IMG/VR virus record: IMGVR_UViG_3300032282_001405
Location: 1-57,128 of that record
Source: a virus
Lineage: Duplodnaviria; Caudoviricetes
Length of the DNA stretch: 57,128 nt
Reading direction: 5' to 3' (one strand)
Notes under the pieces: model-generated
Seen by the model: the letters and a program-made list of their open reading frames with translations, nothing else
Databases searched by the model: none
What the model was told of the DNA's origin: nothing
Position numbers and translations under genes: made by a program
Shown here: positions 1 to 8,556 of the stretch, piece after piece
How positions within the stretch are numbered: position 1 is the first letter of the stretch
Layout: the number at the start of each line of letters is the position of its first letter

Positions 1-123
1 CTTTTGACGGAGGGTTGAGCGCTGTAGTGTTCCCAGACCAACATTGAAACTAAAAGATATGAGAGCATCGTACTGACCCTGAGTGAGGGGAACAGGACAG
101 AACTGAACCACACCTCGCTCAAA
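1..123. repeat. Direct terminal repeat (circular assembly overlap), left copy
   Basis: Bases 1-123 are identical to 57006-57128; the endolysin ORF reads in frame across the join. Confidence 0.97.
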
Positions 124-354
124 GCGAGCCAAATCTGCTTTAAGAATTCCATCGACTTCTTCCATGCTGAATGTTCGGTTGTCTGCGTCTTTGAGGGCAA
201 ACCCGTCTCGGTCTTCTATCTTCATCTTGCCTTGCTCTGGGTACAAGACGTGCCCCACCCCCACCGTCCACAGCTTAGCTGGGCAACGATAGGGTTTCTG
301 TCTTATGCCCTCGTGATGCTGGATCATTTTTAGGGCTTTGTCAGAGATGTTCAT
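1..354 (-). CDS. Endolysin, GH24 phage lysozyme, N-terminal part (continues at 57005..56883; 158 aa total)
   Basis: Manual translation from ATG 354: MNISDKALKMIQHHEGIRQKPYRCPAKLWTVGVGH, a GH24 catalytic E..(C)..T-x-G-x-G-H pattern; start overlaps the upstream stop (ATGA). Confidence 0.93.
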   Translation of the reverse strand, partial: MNISDKALKMIQHHEGIRQKPYRCPAKLWTVGVGHVLYPEQGKMKIEDRDGFALKDADNRTFSMEEVDGILKADLARFERGVVQFCPVPLTQGQYDALISFSFNVGLGTLQRSTLRQK

Positions 355-857
355 TTCTTCCCAAAAGCCTGAGTGCCAAACCAGAACGACACCACGGACG
401 CCCAAATGATCTGAGTCTCGTTATCCCACAGCAGGTCTAGCGCCACATCAAACGGCACTTCCTTGTGATAGGCAAACCAGAAGCCAAAGATCTCTACAAA
501 GGCAAACAGGACAAACATTCCATAGGTTATGGCAGGACGCACCATAGCGCGTGCGTTAATCACCCATAGGCTAGCCCCTTGACCGATAGCAATATCGTGC
601 GCATACAGGGCTTGGCGCTCTTGCATGGCGGTTTGCGCGTTGGTCACTTCAGCGTTAATCTGTATCTGCTCTGTCTGGATATGTTCTATGCGCTCTTGGG
701 CTTCTAAGCCAGCCTTCTTCAGGGTCAACTCGCGCTCAGTCTGCATCTGCGCCAAGGCTAGTTCATGCGACTTGTCTGCACGGTCTTGGAAGAAGTCCAT
801 CAGTTTGGGTAACCCGCCCATCAAAAAAGACAGTAGGGTTGAGAATAGTGTCATCAT
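351..857 (-). CDS. Holin-like membrane protein (3-TM, GTA-holin-like)
   Basis: VRPAITY + TM helix and C-terminal FWFG motif; directly upstream of the endolysin. Confidence 0.7.
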   Translation of the reverse strand: MMTLFSTLLSFLMGGLPKLMDFFQDRADKSHELALAQMQTERELTLKKAGLEAQERIEHIQTEQIQINAEVTNAQTAMQERQALYAHDIAIGQGASLWVINARAMVRPAITYGMFVLFAFVEIFGFWFAYHKEVPFDVALDLLWDNETQIIWASVVSFWFGTQAFGKK

Positions 858-1126
858 TTTTTAACTCCCATTTTTTCACGTTCTTCAAGCAACCTGACTT
901 TGACTTGCAATTCGTTTATGTGGTTCATCAAATGCTCCTTCATCATGGCTCGTTTTTCCGCAGAGATTGGGCTGTCCGTTGGGATGCCCTCTTTGGTAAT
1001 CAATGCAGGCATAGCGCCTTCGATTCGTGTTAAGCGTGTGGAGAAGTCGTTGACTTGACCCAAGAGCCATGCAAGGGAAGCCACAATAATGGGTATGACC
1101 GCTTTTAATACATCTGCCCAATTCAT
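854..1126 (-). CDS. Small membrane-anchored coiled-coil protein in lysis cluster
   Basis: N-terminal hydrophobic helix; ATGA coupling to both neighbours. Confidence 0.6.
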   Translation of the reverse strand: MNWADVLKAVIPIIVASLAWLLGQVNDFSTRLTRIEGAMPALITKEGIPTDSPISAEKRAMMKEHLMNHINELQVKVRLLEEREKMGVKK

Positions 1127-1299
1127 TTTGATTCCTTTAGTTCACGTTTCAATTTACGCAGTTCTTTGATCTCTTGCTTGAGTTGGGCTCGCATGTACAA
1201 GGTTTCTACGTATGCCATTGATGTAACTCCAACAATTATGCATATCGCTACTCCTATCAATATCCAATAGACCAGCTTCGTAGTTGCCACATTAGCCAC
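1123..1299 (-). CDS. Small membrane protein (about 58 aa, not in ORF track)
   Basis: GTG start; VANVATTKLVYWILIGVAICIIVGVTSMAY...ELKESK; stop overlaps the next ATG. Confidence 0.55.
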   Translation of the reverse strand: MANVATTKLVYWILIGVAICIIVGVTSMAYVETLYMRAQLKQEIKELRKLKRELKESK

Positions 1300-1966
1300 C
1301 CAAAGATTAAAGATATGAATGCCACGGCAACCACCCCACTTATTGTTTCAATGACCCGAATCTCGTCTTGTTCTTTCTGCCACCTAGCTTGTCTAGCCCT
1401 ACGAACCATCTCAGACCTAGCCCACTCCTGCTCACGCTCAATCTTTCCGTGCATTACTAAAAACCTGCTGTACAGGTTCTTTAGCTGGGGAGGCGCGTAC
1501 ACCATTACCTCTCTGACGTCCTGCATCAAATCTTCAAGCTGAAGCTCAATAAGCACGCGCTCGATCGCTTTTTTGCTGGTGTTTTGCTCAGGATTGAACT
1601 TGTTCTTTGATTCCTCTTCTAGTGCATGGTAGTGATCGTTGATCTGTTGTTGTATGTCAAAGAGAGTTCCAAGTTGGAGTCCAATGTCGTTGAAGAGCTT
1701 AGCTTCCAACTCGTTGTAGGACTGTTGCTTGGCGGAGACTTTCTTTTTCGCCAAAGGCTTGGGGGCATCGGCGGTGGGCTTGGCTGTGAACAGACCGATG
1801 AACCACTGGAAGACACCCTTGATAGCCTTCGCGTCATCAATAACTTGCTCAGCAGTTTTTTTAGCGCCCTCGATCTCCAAGCGACCAGCGTGCAACATGT
1901 CGCACCCTGATTTAATTGCAGAGACGGCTGTTTGAGCGAGGAGGAGGAGGCTAAAAACGGATCCAT
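1257..1966 (-). CDS. Membrane-anchored coiled-coil protein with an apparent frameshift after codon 4
   Basis: ATG 1966 gives MDPF; shifting frame at the T5 run (1953-1957) gives SLLLLAQTAVSAIKSGCDM, continuous with the 213-aa ORF 1257..1898, which has a C-terminal TM helix. Confidence 0.6.
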
Positions 1967-1968
1967 AT

Positions 1969-2163
1969 CTAGATGCCTAATAGCTTCTTGACGAACTCGC
2001 CTGCGACGCCCGGTCCAAACAACACGGCCAAAATCACCGCATACAAGATGTACTCGATGCGTTGCATCCGATCCTTGCCACTCTCCAAGCGGTCAGAGAT
2101 AACCCTGTACCGCTCTGAGCATATGGCTTCATGAACTGCGAAATCTTTTTCTATGTCACTCAT
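1969..2163 (-). CDS. Small coiled-coil + TM protein (holin-like)
   Basis: MSDIEKDFAVHEAICSERY...IEYILYAVILAVLFG; start chosen at ATG 2163, which overlaps the upstream gene end. Confidence 0.6.
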   Translation of the reverse strand: MSDIEKDFAVHEAICSERYRVISDRLESGKDRMQRIEYILYAVILAVLFGPGVAGEFVKKLLGI

Positions 2164-2299
2164 TTGGCGTGGGTTCAGGCTGTTCTTTAGCCTCTTTTTG
2201 GATGGCTTCAATCAGTTGAAAAACCTCTTGGTATGGGCGTGTGCCCAAGTAACCCATGATCTGGTTTAACAGTTGTGTTGATATTTGTAGTTTTTCCAT
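2156..2299 (-). CDS. Hypothetical protein (47 aa, not in ORF track)
   Basis: AGGAG RBS; MEKLQISTQLLNQIMGYLGTRPYQEVFQLIEAIQKEAKEQPEPTPNE. Confidence 0.65.
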   Translation of the reverse strand: MEKLQISTQLLNQIMGYLGTRPYQEVFQLIEAIQKEAKEQPEPTPNE

Positions 2300-2317
2300 G
2301 CGTCTCTCCTAGTTGTT

Positions 2318-2686
2318 TTAAACAGTCACTGCGTCCCAAGTCTGGGCGCCTTCATTCCATGTGAATGGCCCACCCTCTGTAGGCATAGCCACAGGAGCAT
2401 TCCACAGACAAGTGTCATCGCTCATAGTCCATGATGGATATGGCTGTGGAGGGATAAAGGCATCACGACCAGAGTCATAGGTGTAACCAATGCCAGCGTA
2501 GTTCTTACGCAGTTGCTCACGACCACTAGGCTGACCATCTTGACCATAGTGAACACCGCCACGGGTGTTGTATGAGGTCTGTACCCAGTTTGCAGGGTCA
2601 CCCAAAGCGCCAGTAGAGATGAAGGCTTCTTCAGCCACCACAACCTGTACTACAACGCCATTCTCGATTTTTGCAAAGTGTGCCAT
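2318..2686 (-). CDS. Tail-fibre-associated hypothetical protein
   Basis: MAHFAKIENGVVVQVVV...RKNYAGIGYTYD...DAFIPPQPYPSW; TAATG coupling to the upstream gene. Confidence 0.7.
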   Translation of the reverse strand: MAHFAKIENGVVVQVVVAEEAFISTGALGDPANWVQTSYNTRGGVHYGQDGQPSGREQLRKNYAGIGYTYDSGRDAFIPPQPYPSWTMSDDTCLWNAPVAMPTEGGPFTWNEGAQTWDAVTV

Positions 2687-3120
2687 TAGATTGATACTCC
2701 CAAGTTGATCTCTTTTAATTGTTCCACAGTAGTTACCGCTGTGATTGATGCCTTTGTTGCAGTACACCAAGCAATAACCTTGGCACGATATGTTGCTATA
2801 TCAGCAGGTATATCAATGCTTCTTTCTGCCTTGCGTATGACATACCAATCTGTTTGTGCAAGCGTCATGTTTGTATTGTGATTGACTTTGGCAATCCATA
2901 CTGACTTTAAGCCCTTGGTAATCAAGCGTTCTGTGGAGTCAACCATTGCAGGTTTGCCGTCTACTACGCCTAGCACCTTGACGTACATAGGGTTGCCGTC
3001 TTGGTCAGACTCTTCTTTGTCTTCCAAGGCTTTTGGAGTACCTGTGTAAGAGCCGTCTTCGTTTTGTGTGACCCAGTAATACTGGTCATCAGGTCTGATT
3101 TCGTCTTGTCTGATTGACAT
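2686..3120 (-). CDS. Putative tail fibre assembly chaperone
   Basis: LAQTDWYVIRKAE...IATYR motif; located after fibre genes. Confidence 0.55.
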   Translation of the reverse strand: MSIRQDEIRPDDQYYWVTQNEDGSYTGTPKALEDKEESDQDGNPMYVKVLGVVDGKPAMVDSTERLITKGLKSVWIAKVNHNTNMTLAQTDWYVIRKAERSIDIPADIATYRAKVIAWCTATKASITAVTTVEQLKEINLGVSI

Positions 3121-3129
3121 ATGTTTTCC

Positions 3130-4176
3130 TTATCGAGCGTTAGCGTATTTGAAAGGGTTTTCGGCAAATGCCACATAAATGTATGTGCTACCACTAGCGT
3201 TTGCTGATGCGGTACTGGTTCTAATCTTTATTCCATTAGAAAGAAAATCTCTGTCATAAAGAGAATTTACTTCTTCGGCAATGCTTGAATCTGCATATAA
3301 CTGTTTTTGAGATGCGTTGTATGTATCTCTTGATGTGTCCATAATGACCCAATCATTACCAGCCGTATCAGAACGCTTGCACATAAACCAACGGGGTCTA
3401 AAACCAAAATAAATAAATGGACCGTCTGTGCTTCCATTTCCCGTATAACTTCCCACAGAACTAAAGCCAGCCACAGAAGCAACACAATAAGCAACATTGG
3501 TTCTTCCACTACCATTTACATATCCATCTACATCGCTACCAAGTGAAAAAACGCTAGAAGTTGGTGATGTGCTATTCCAGAATCCGCTATAACCAGTACC
3601 AGCCGCATTGGTTAAGTTCAAATAGATATACCCTGTATTACCAAGAGATGTATGGTAAACAGTCCAGTTAGTGCTTGCATTGCTACGGCACTTCACAATA
3701 ATCATCTGTGGCGCAACACCTAACCCATGACCCACAGTAGCGTTAGCACCCGTACCCGTATAAGTCACCACGCTAACACCAGCAGTAGTGTTTGCTTGAA
3801 CCGATGAAGTTATTGTTCCGCTAGTATTTGAAACAGCAGAACCTAATGCCCATGTATACCCAACAAAAGTTCTTGTTGATTGGTTAATGTTGTCTCCTGC
3901 GCCTACTGTATAACTTCCATTGGAAAAAGTCATTGCGTACTGCGTTGCTGTTGTTTCTTCAGCGTTTGTAGTATTTGATTGCAAAAACGAATAATTGTTT
4001 GTCAGCCCAGTAGAGCGAGTGTCCCAGTTAACAGCATTGCTTCGTGTTTTTGTCCAAACCATTGCACCTGAACTCAATTGAGCAGTAGTGGTAATTGTCT
4101 GTGTCGCTCCTGTACCCGTATACAGATTGGCATTAAAGTATGGACGACCATCGGGAATTGCATATGTTGTTGGCAT
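3130..4176 (-). CDS. Tail fibre/receptor-binding-associated beta protein
   Basis: Repeated YTGTG/YTGNG, GHGLGVAP, GFRPRW and YIYVAFAE motifs; in frame with the upstream fibre gene. Confidence 0.7.
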   Translation of the reverse strand: MPTTYAIPDGRPYFNANLYTGTGATQTITTTAQLSSGAMVWTKTRSNAVNWDTRSTGLTNNYSFLQSNTTNAEETTATQYAMTFSNGSYTVGAGDNINQSTRTFVGYTWALGSAVSNTSGTITSSVQANTTAGVSVVTYTGTGANATVGHGLGVAPQMIIVKCRSNASTNWTVYHTSLGNTGYIYLNLTNAAGTGYSGFWNSTSPTSSVFSLGSDVDGYVNGSGRTNVAYCVASVAGFSSVGSYTGNGSTDGPFIYFGFRPRWFMCKRSDTAGNDWVIMDTSRDTYNASQKQLYADSSIAEEVNSLYDRDFLSNGIKIRTSTASANASGSTYIYVAFAENPFKYANAR

Positions 4177-4185
4177 TTCTATTCC

Positions 4186-7176
4186 TTATAGGTTATAGGT
4201 GTTGAGTCTAATGAAACCTGTAGGAGGCGTATAGACAAACGGTTGCTGACCGAAATTAAAGTTAAATGATGTTGAACCGCCTGTGTAAACAGTTCCACCA
4301 ATAAACCAAGTGTCTGATGCAATCCCTGTGTATGCCGCATTTGTCCCAGCCGCAGGGTCACCGCTTGCTTGCCATGTGCCGTTTTTACTCCACCAAATTT
4401 TTCCGTTATCAAGGTCAATAGCAATACCAACTATATCGCCTGAAGCAATTGTGTTTCCATAAGATGCACTTGTACCTTGGCTAATCTTGTCACCGTTTTG
4501 GATGTAATAGGCATAGCCTGTTCCAGTAGCAGAAGAAGCCATGAAGTCAGTAGTGTTTGCTAAATAACTTAATTTGCTCAAGTTTGCTATGCCAATAAAG
4601 TTAGCACTATTTGGTGACCCATTAACCACTACTTCGCAATACCATTTACCAGTTGTCATACCCATAGAACTAAAAAAGTTCTGATAAGCGCCAGCACTTG
4701 GTGCTACGGTAAGGTTTGCATTAGAAAAAGTTGGTTGGCTGTTTGATTTGTAAACAGGGTTCAACACAGCATAGTTAGCCGCTGTCGCACTTGTTAGTGT
4801 TGGTACATCGGTCATGCTGTCGTAGGTAGAACCAGCAGTTGTACTGATATTGTTAGGTGTCCAGTTGTTTCCATTTGGACTGAAGTCATACGCTAATGTT
4901 GTTGCACTTGTTGTATTGGTAAAAGGCAAATAGAAGCCGTTAGTACCATACGAACCACCATAGGTGATGGGTTGCCATACACCATAAGAATTGGTTGTTC
5001 CAAAACTGGACGGTGTCAGGGCCTGACCGTCAATGAAGTTGGCTTCAGCCATGTAACCATCTGTATAAGCGGGAAATGCATCGTTGTATCCAATAAAGTG
5101 TAAAACTCCATTTTTGTTCCAATATGGAAACGAGGTATAACTTGAGCGGACATCCGTACCCCATGAAGTAACTTCTACACCATTTACATAAACTCTAAAC
5201 CGCAAAGATGCAGTTGCATTCCCCATATCTGACACCGCAACAATGTGATACCAAGCGGCGGGGTCACGATATACTGCATTACTTATAAGTAAATAAGCGC
5301 CAAATACCATAACAGCAATTTGATTGCTTGAATTAAAAATTATTCCTTCTCCACCAGAATATGTCGGGCTGAAAATAGGTTGTACAGCACCGATTTTTCC
5401 TAATTTAATCCAGCCACTCCAAGTAAAAATATTTCCACTTGTAGGTGTTTTAAAAGTCCGATTCAAATAAGCTGAAGCACTAGAACGGAAACGCAAAGAG
5501 TTGTTTACATACTTGATTGGTGTCAGGTATCCGCTTGATGTGAATGTGTGAATGACATTACCACCAGTGATAGTCACAGTACCACCAGCCATTAGCTGTG
5601 TAGCACCTGCGTAAGAGATGATTACAACGCCAGAGCCACCTGCACCGCCAGTTCCATTACCACCAGAACCACCACCTCCACCAGCACCTAAGTTAGTAGT
5701 TCCAGCAGTACCAGTAGAGCCGTTACCAGTAGCACCAGCACCACCGCCACCAGTTCCACCAGCACCCGCTGGGTATGTAACTGTCGGGGTATAACCGCCA
5801 CCACCTCCACCTCCAGCATAAGTTACTGAAGAACCAGATATAGAAGATGCAGTTCCATTTCCTCCACCGCCAGAAGTATTAACACTTCCAGCGCCTCCAA
5901 CAGCACCCGCACCTCCACCGCCACCAGCACATACTGTTCCTTGAGCGCCACCATTATTTCCTTGTCCAGATGTTCCTGTTCCCGGAGAGCCGCCCCCACC
6001 TTGACCTGAGCCTCCGCCAGAACCACCATTGTTTGCAACAGTTTGACCTCCAGCACCACCACCTACTGCGGTAGTCGTGACCATGCTAAATAATGAATTA
6101 CTGCCGTTTACACCAGTTCCAGTACCGCCTGTGCCTCCAGCACCTCCAGCACCTACTGTTACAACATAGTTAGAGTTGGCATCAATGGTTACTCCAGAGC
6201 CTGATAAAAAGCCTCCAGCACCACCTCCACCACCCCAGTTTTGTCCACCACCTCCTCCGCCAGCAACAATCAAATAACTTGCTGTCAAAGAAGACAAAGG
6301 AGTCAATGTTCCTGATGTATTGAATGTATGAATAACATTAGAGCCACTTGTAGTGACTACTCCACCACCAAACTGTTGTGGGGCAGGGTATGAAATGATG
6401 ACTACGCCAGAACCGCCTTGACCGCCGGGTGCATTTGAAGAGCCATTGTTATCATTAACACCACCACCTCCGCCGCCGCCTAAATTAGCAGTTCCCGATT
6501 CGCCCGTTAAATTTCCTGAAGCGCCTCCTTGACCACCGCCGCCAGTACCACCAGCGGAACGAGTAGTAGATGCGCCACTTCCATAATTACCGCCCCCGCC
6601 CCCGCCAGCATAGGTAACGCTTGAGCCAGTTATAGATGACGCTGTTCCATTTCCACCCGGGCCAACGCTATTAGAACCAGCCGTACCAGCCGCACCAGCG
6701 CCACCGCCTCCACCACCATAATAATTTGATGCGCCCCCAGATGAACCTCCACCAGCATTTCCTTGACCAGATGTAGCAGAGCCACCTGACGTAGCAAATC
6801 GTCCTGCGCCACCGCCACCAGAGCCACCTGCTAAACCATTGCGTGAATCACCTGCCCCGCCGCCACCACCGCCTGTAGAGGTAATTGCATTAAATATTGA
6901 ATTACTTCCATTGCCACCATCGCCAGCACCAGAAGTACCAGCGCCGCCCGTTATAGGGCCAGCAGTACCACCAGCGCCAACAGTTACTGTGTATGAAAGA
7001 GTTGGGTTTAAAGTTGCTGTGCCTGATAACAACCCACCTGCCCCGCCTCCACCTCCAAAACGTGAACCACCACCACCACCGCCAGCAACCACAAGGTAAC
7101 TAGCAGTAACCGATTGCAGTCCTGTCCACCCAAAGGCGGCTAGTGCGGCGGCTCCAATCTTGGATAAGCGAGGCAT
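4186..7176 (-). CDS. Tail fibre/adhesin: two tandem glycine-rich domains + LamG/concanavalin-like + SPRY-like domain
   Basis: Duplicated unit YLxVAGGGGGG...GSGVVIISY...NVIHTF; SLRF..S.SAYL.RT, TWSGWIK, WYHIV (LamG); GKWYCEV, GDIVGIAIDLDNGKIWW, NFGQ (SPRY). Confidence 0.8.
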   Translation of the reverse strand: MPRLSKIGAAALAAFGWTGLQSVTASYLVVAGGGGGGSRFGGGGGAGGLLSGTATLNPTLSYTVTVGAGGTAGPITGGAGTSGAGDGGNGSNSIFNAITSTGGGGGGAGDSRNGLAGGSGGGGAGRFATSGGSATSGQGNAGGGSSGGASNYYGGGGGGAGAAGTAGSNSVGPGGNGTASSITGSSVTYAGGGGGGNYGSGASTTRSAGGTGGGGQGGASGNLTGESGTANLGGGGGGGVNDNNGSSNAPGGQGGSGVVIISYPAPQQFGGGVVTTSGSNVIHTFNTSGTLTPLSSLTASYLIVAGGGGGGQNWGGGGGAGGFLSGSGVTIDANSNYVVTVGAGGAGGTGGTGTGVNGSNSLFSMVTTTAVGGGAGGQTVANNGGSGGGSGQGGGGSPGTGTSGQGNNGGAQGTVCAGGGGGAGAVGGAGSVNTSGGGGNGTASSISGSSVTYAGGGGGGGYTPTVTYPAGAGGTGGGGAGATGNGSTGTAGTTNLGAGGGGGSGGNGTGGAGGSGVVIISYAGATQLMAGGTVTITGGNVIHTFTSSGYLTPIKYVNNSLRFRSSASAYLNRTFKTPTSGNIFTWSGWIKLGKIGAVQPIFSPTYSGGEGIIFNSSNQIAVMVFGAYLLISNAVYRDPAAWYHIVAVSDMGNATASLRFRVYVNGVEVTSWGTDVRSSYTSFPYWNKNGVLHFIGYNDAFPAYTDGYMAEANFIDGQALTPSSFGTTNSYGVWQPITYGGSYGTNGFYLPFTNTTSATTLAYDFSPNGNNWTPNNISTTAGSTYDSMTDVPTLTSATAANYAVLNPVYKSNSQPTFSNANLTVAPSAGAYQNFFSSMGMTTGKWYCEVVVNGSPNSANFIGIANLSKLSYLANTTDFMASSATGTGYAYYIQNGDKISQGTSASYGNTIASGDIVGIAIDLDNGKIWWSKNGTWQASGDPAAGTNAAYTGIASDTWFIGGTVYTGGSTSFNFNFGQQPFVYTPPTGFIRLNTYNL

Positions 7177-7185
7177 TAGTTATCC

Positions 7186-8556
7186 TTATGCGAACTTGGT
7201 TTGAGAAGCCAACACAACGTATGTTGCACTTCCTGTTTTTTGGATTACATATGTGTAGCAATCAGTTGAGCTTGCATTTCCACTTGTAGGTGCTGTTCCA
7301 CCTTGCCACTTAGGAGTCACAGATGTGCCGTCAATCGTCACTGCTGAGTTGTAGTATGCAGTAGAACCTTGAGTCACCAAGAATGTTGCAGAGATGGATT
7401 CACCAGTTTGCATCAAGGTGTTCAGCGATGTACCGCTTGAACCACGGAAGTTCACTGTCCAGTTTGCACTTGCGTTGCTTGTGTAGAACAGAACAGATTG
7501 AGTCGTGATGTCGTAGTTGATTGTGCCAGTCGCCGCAGTTGCAGAGATGGTGTCCACCTCGGCTATGTTTGGAGTCTTGAGAGCAGACACAGACGATGAG
7601 CCTGCGGTCTGGAGCATCGAGGTTGCAGATGCAGTACCAACTCCGACAAGACCACTTGTATCTATGCGTAGTCTTTCGCTACCGCCTGTAAGCATTGTTA
7701 GTGGTAGATATGTGCCTGTTCCTGTAATTGATGCACGCAAAGATGATTCTGTTGCATTAGCTACAACCTGAGTAATAGAAGCATTTGTTGGGTCAGAATT
7801 ATTAACAACTTGAATATTTGCATTTACGGCACTTCCGTTAGGAATAAAAAAGACTCCTGTATTCCCATTAGTTGTGCTTGACTGAAATGCAACTCGGCTA
7901 ATAAATGTGGCATTACTAAAATCACCAGTAATACGATTACCTGTACCTGTAAATGTTAAGTTGCCTGAATCTGATAATGAAGTAAAAGTACCCGCCGCAG
8001 GAGTTGTCGCTCCTACAGTGCCATTGATGTTAATTGATGCAGTTCCAGTCAGGTTAGTAACTGTGCCGCTTGAAGGTGTGCCTAATACTCCTCCATTGAC
8101 CACAAAAGCGCCTGCGGTGCCTGTATTAACACCCAGAGCAGTCACAACGCCCGTACCTGTAGTTGTGGTGCTTGGAGCCGCACCAGCCCCGCCACCGATG
8201 ACTAATGCGCTTGCGGCTAATGCCGCGCTGGTCGCCCATGTTGACGCGCTTGAAAAATACGGGATACCACCGCTTGTTCCCGCAACGGTAAGTGCCAATG
8301 TTCCAGAAGTCGTAATCGGAGAACCAGCTACAGAAATCAATCCTCCAGTGAAACTCTGAGCAACGCTGGATACCGTTCCAGTAGCCGCCGCCGCCGCCGC
8401 AAGCAAAGTAACCACATTACTGCTGTTCTTGTAGTACAGCTTTCCATCTAAGGTGTTAATTGCAAGCTCACCTGCGACAAGATTTGCCGCAAGTGGGACA
8501 GCCGAGGCTGTTGTGCTGTAGTACAGCGATATTGGGGTGTAGCCTGTTGCAGACAT
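7186..8556 (-). CDS. Tail fibre protein
   Basis: GELAINTLDGKLYYK N-terminal motif, ERLRIDTSGLVGVGT fibre repeat, Thr/Gly/Ser-rich. Confidence 0.75.
   Translation of the reverse strand: MSATGYTPISLYYSTTASAVPLAANLVAGELAINTLDGKLYYKNSSNVVTLLAAAAAATGTVSSVAQSFTGGLISVAGSPITTSGTLALTVAGTSGGIPYFSSASTWATSAALAASALVIGGGAGAAPSTTTTGTGVVTALGVNTGTAGAFVVNGGVLGTPSSGTVTNLTGTASININGTVGATTPAAGTFTSLSDSGNLTFTGTGNRITGDFSNATFISRVAFQSSTTNGNTGVFFIPNGSAVNANIQVVNNSDPTNASITQVVANATESSLRASITGTGTYLPLTMLTGGSERLRIDTSGLVGVGTASATSMLQTAGSSSVSALKTPNIAEVDTISATAATGTINYDITTQSVLFYTSNASANWTVNFRGSSGTSLNTLMQTGESISATFLVTQGSTAYYNSAVTIDGTSVTPKWQGGTAPTSGNASSTDCYTYVIQKTGSATYVVLASQTKFA

Noticed and set aside
5520-7110. Many GG/AxGG strings in the 996-aa fibre as cargo motifs, or the region as a repeat array
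   Set aside because: Explained by glycine-rich domain composition; no repeat-spacer periodicity
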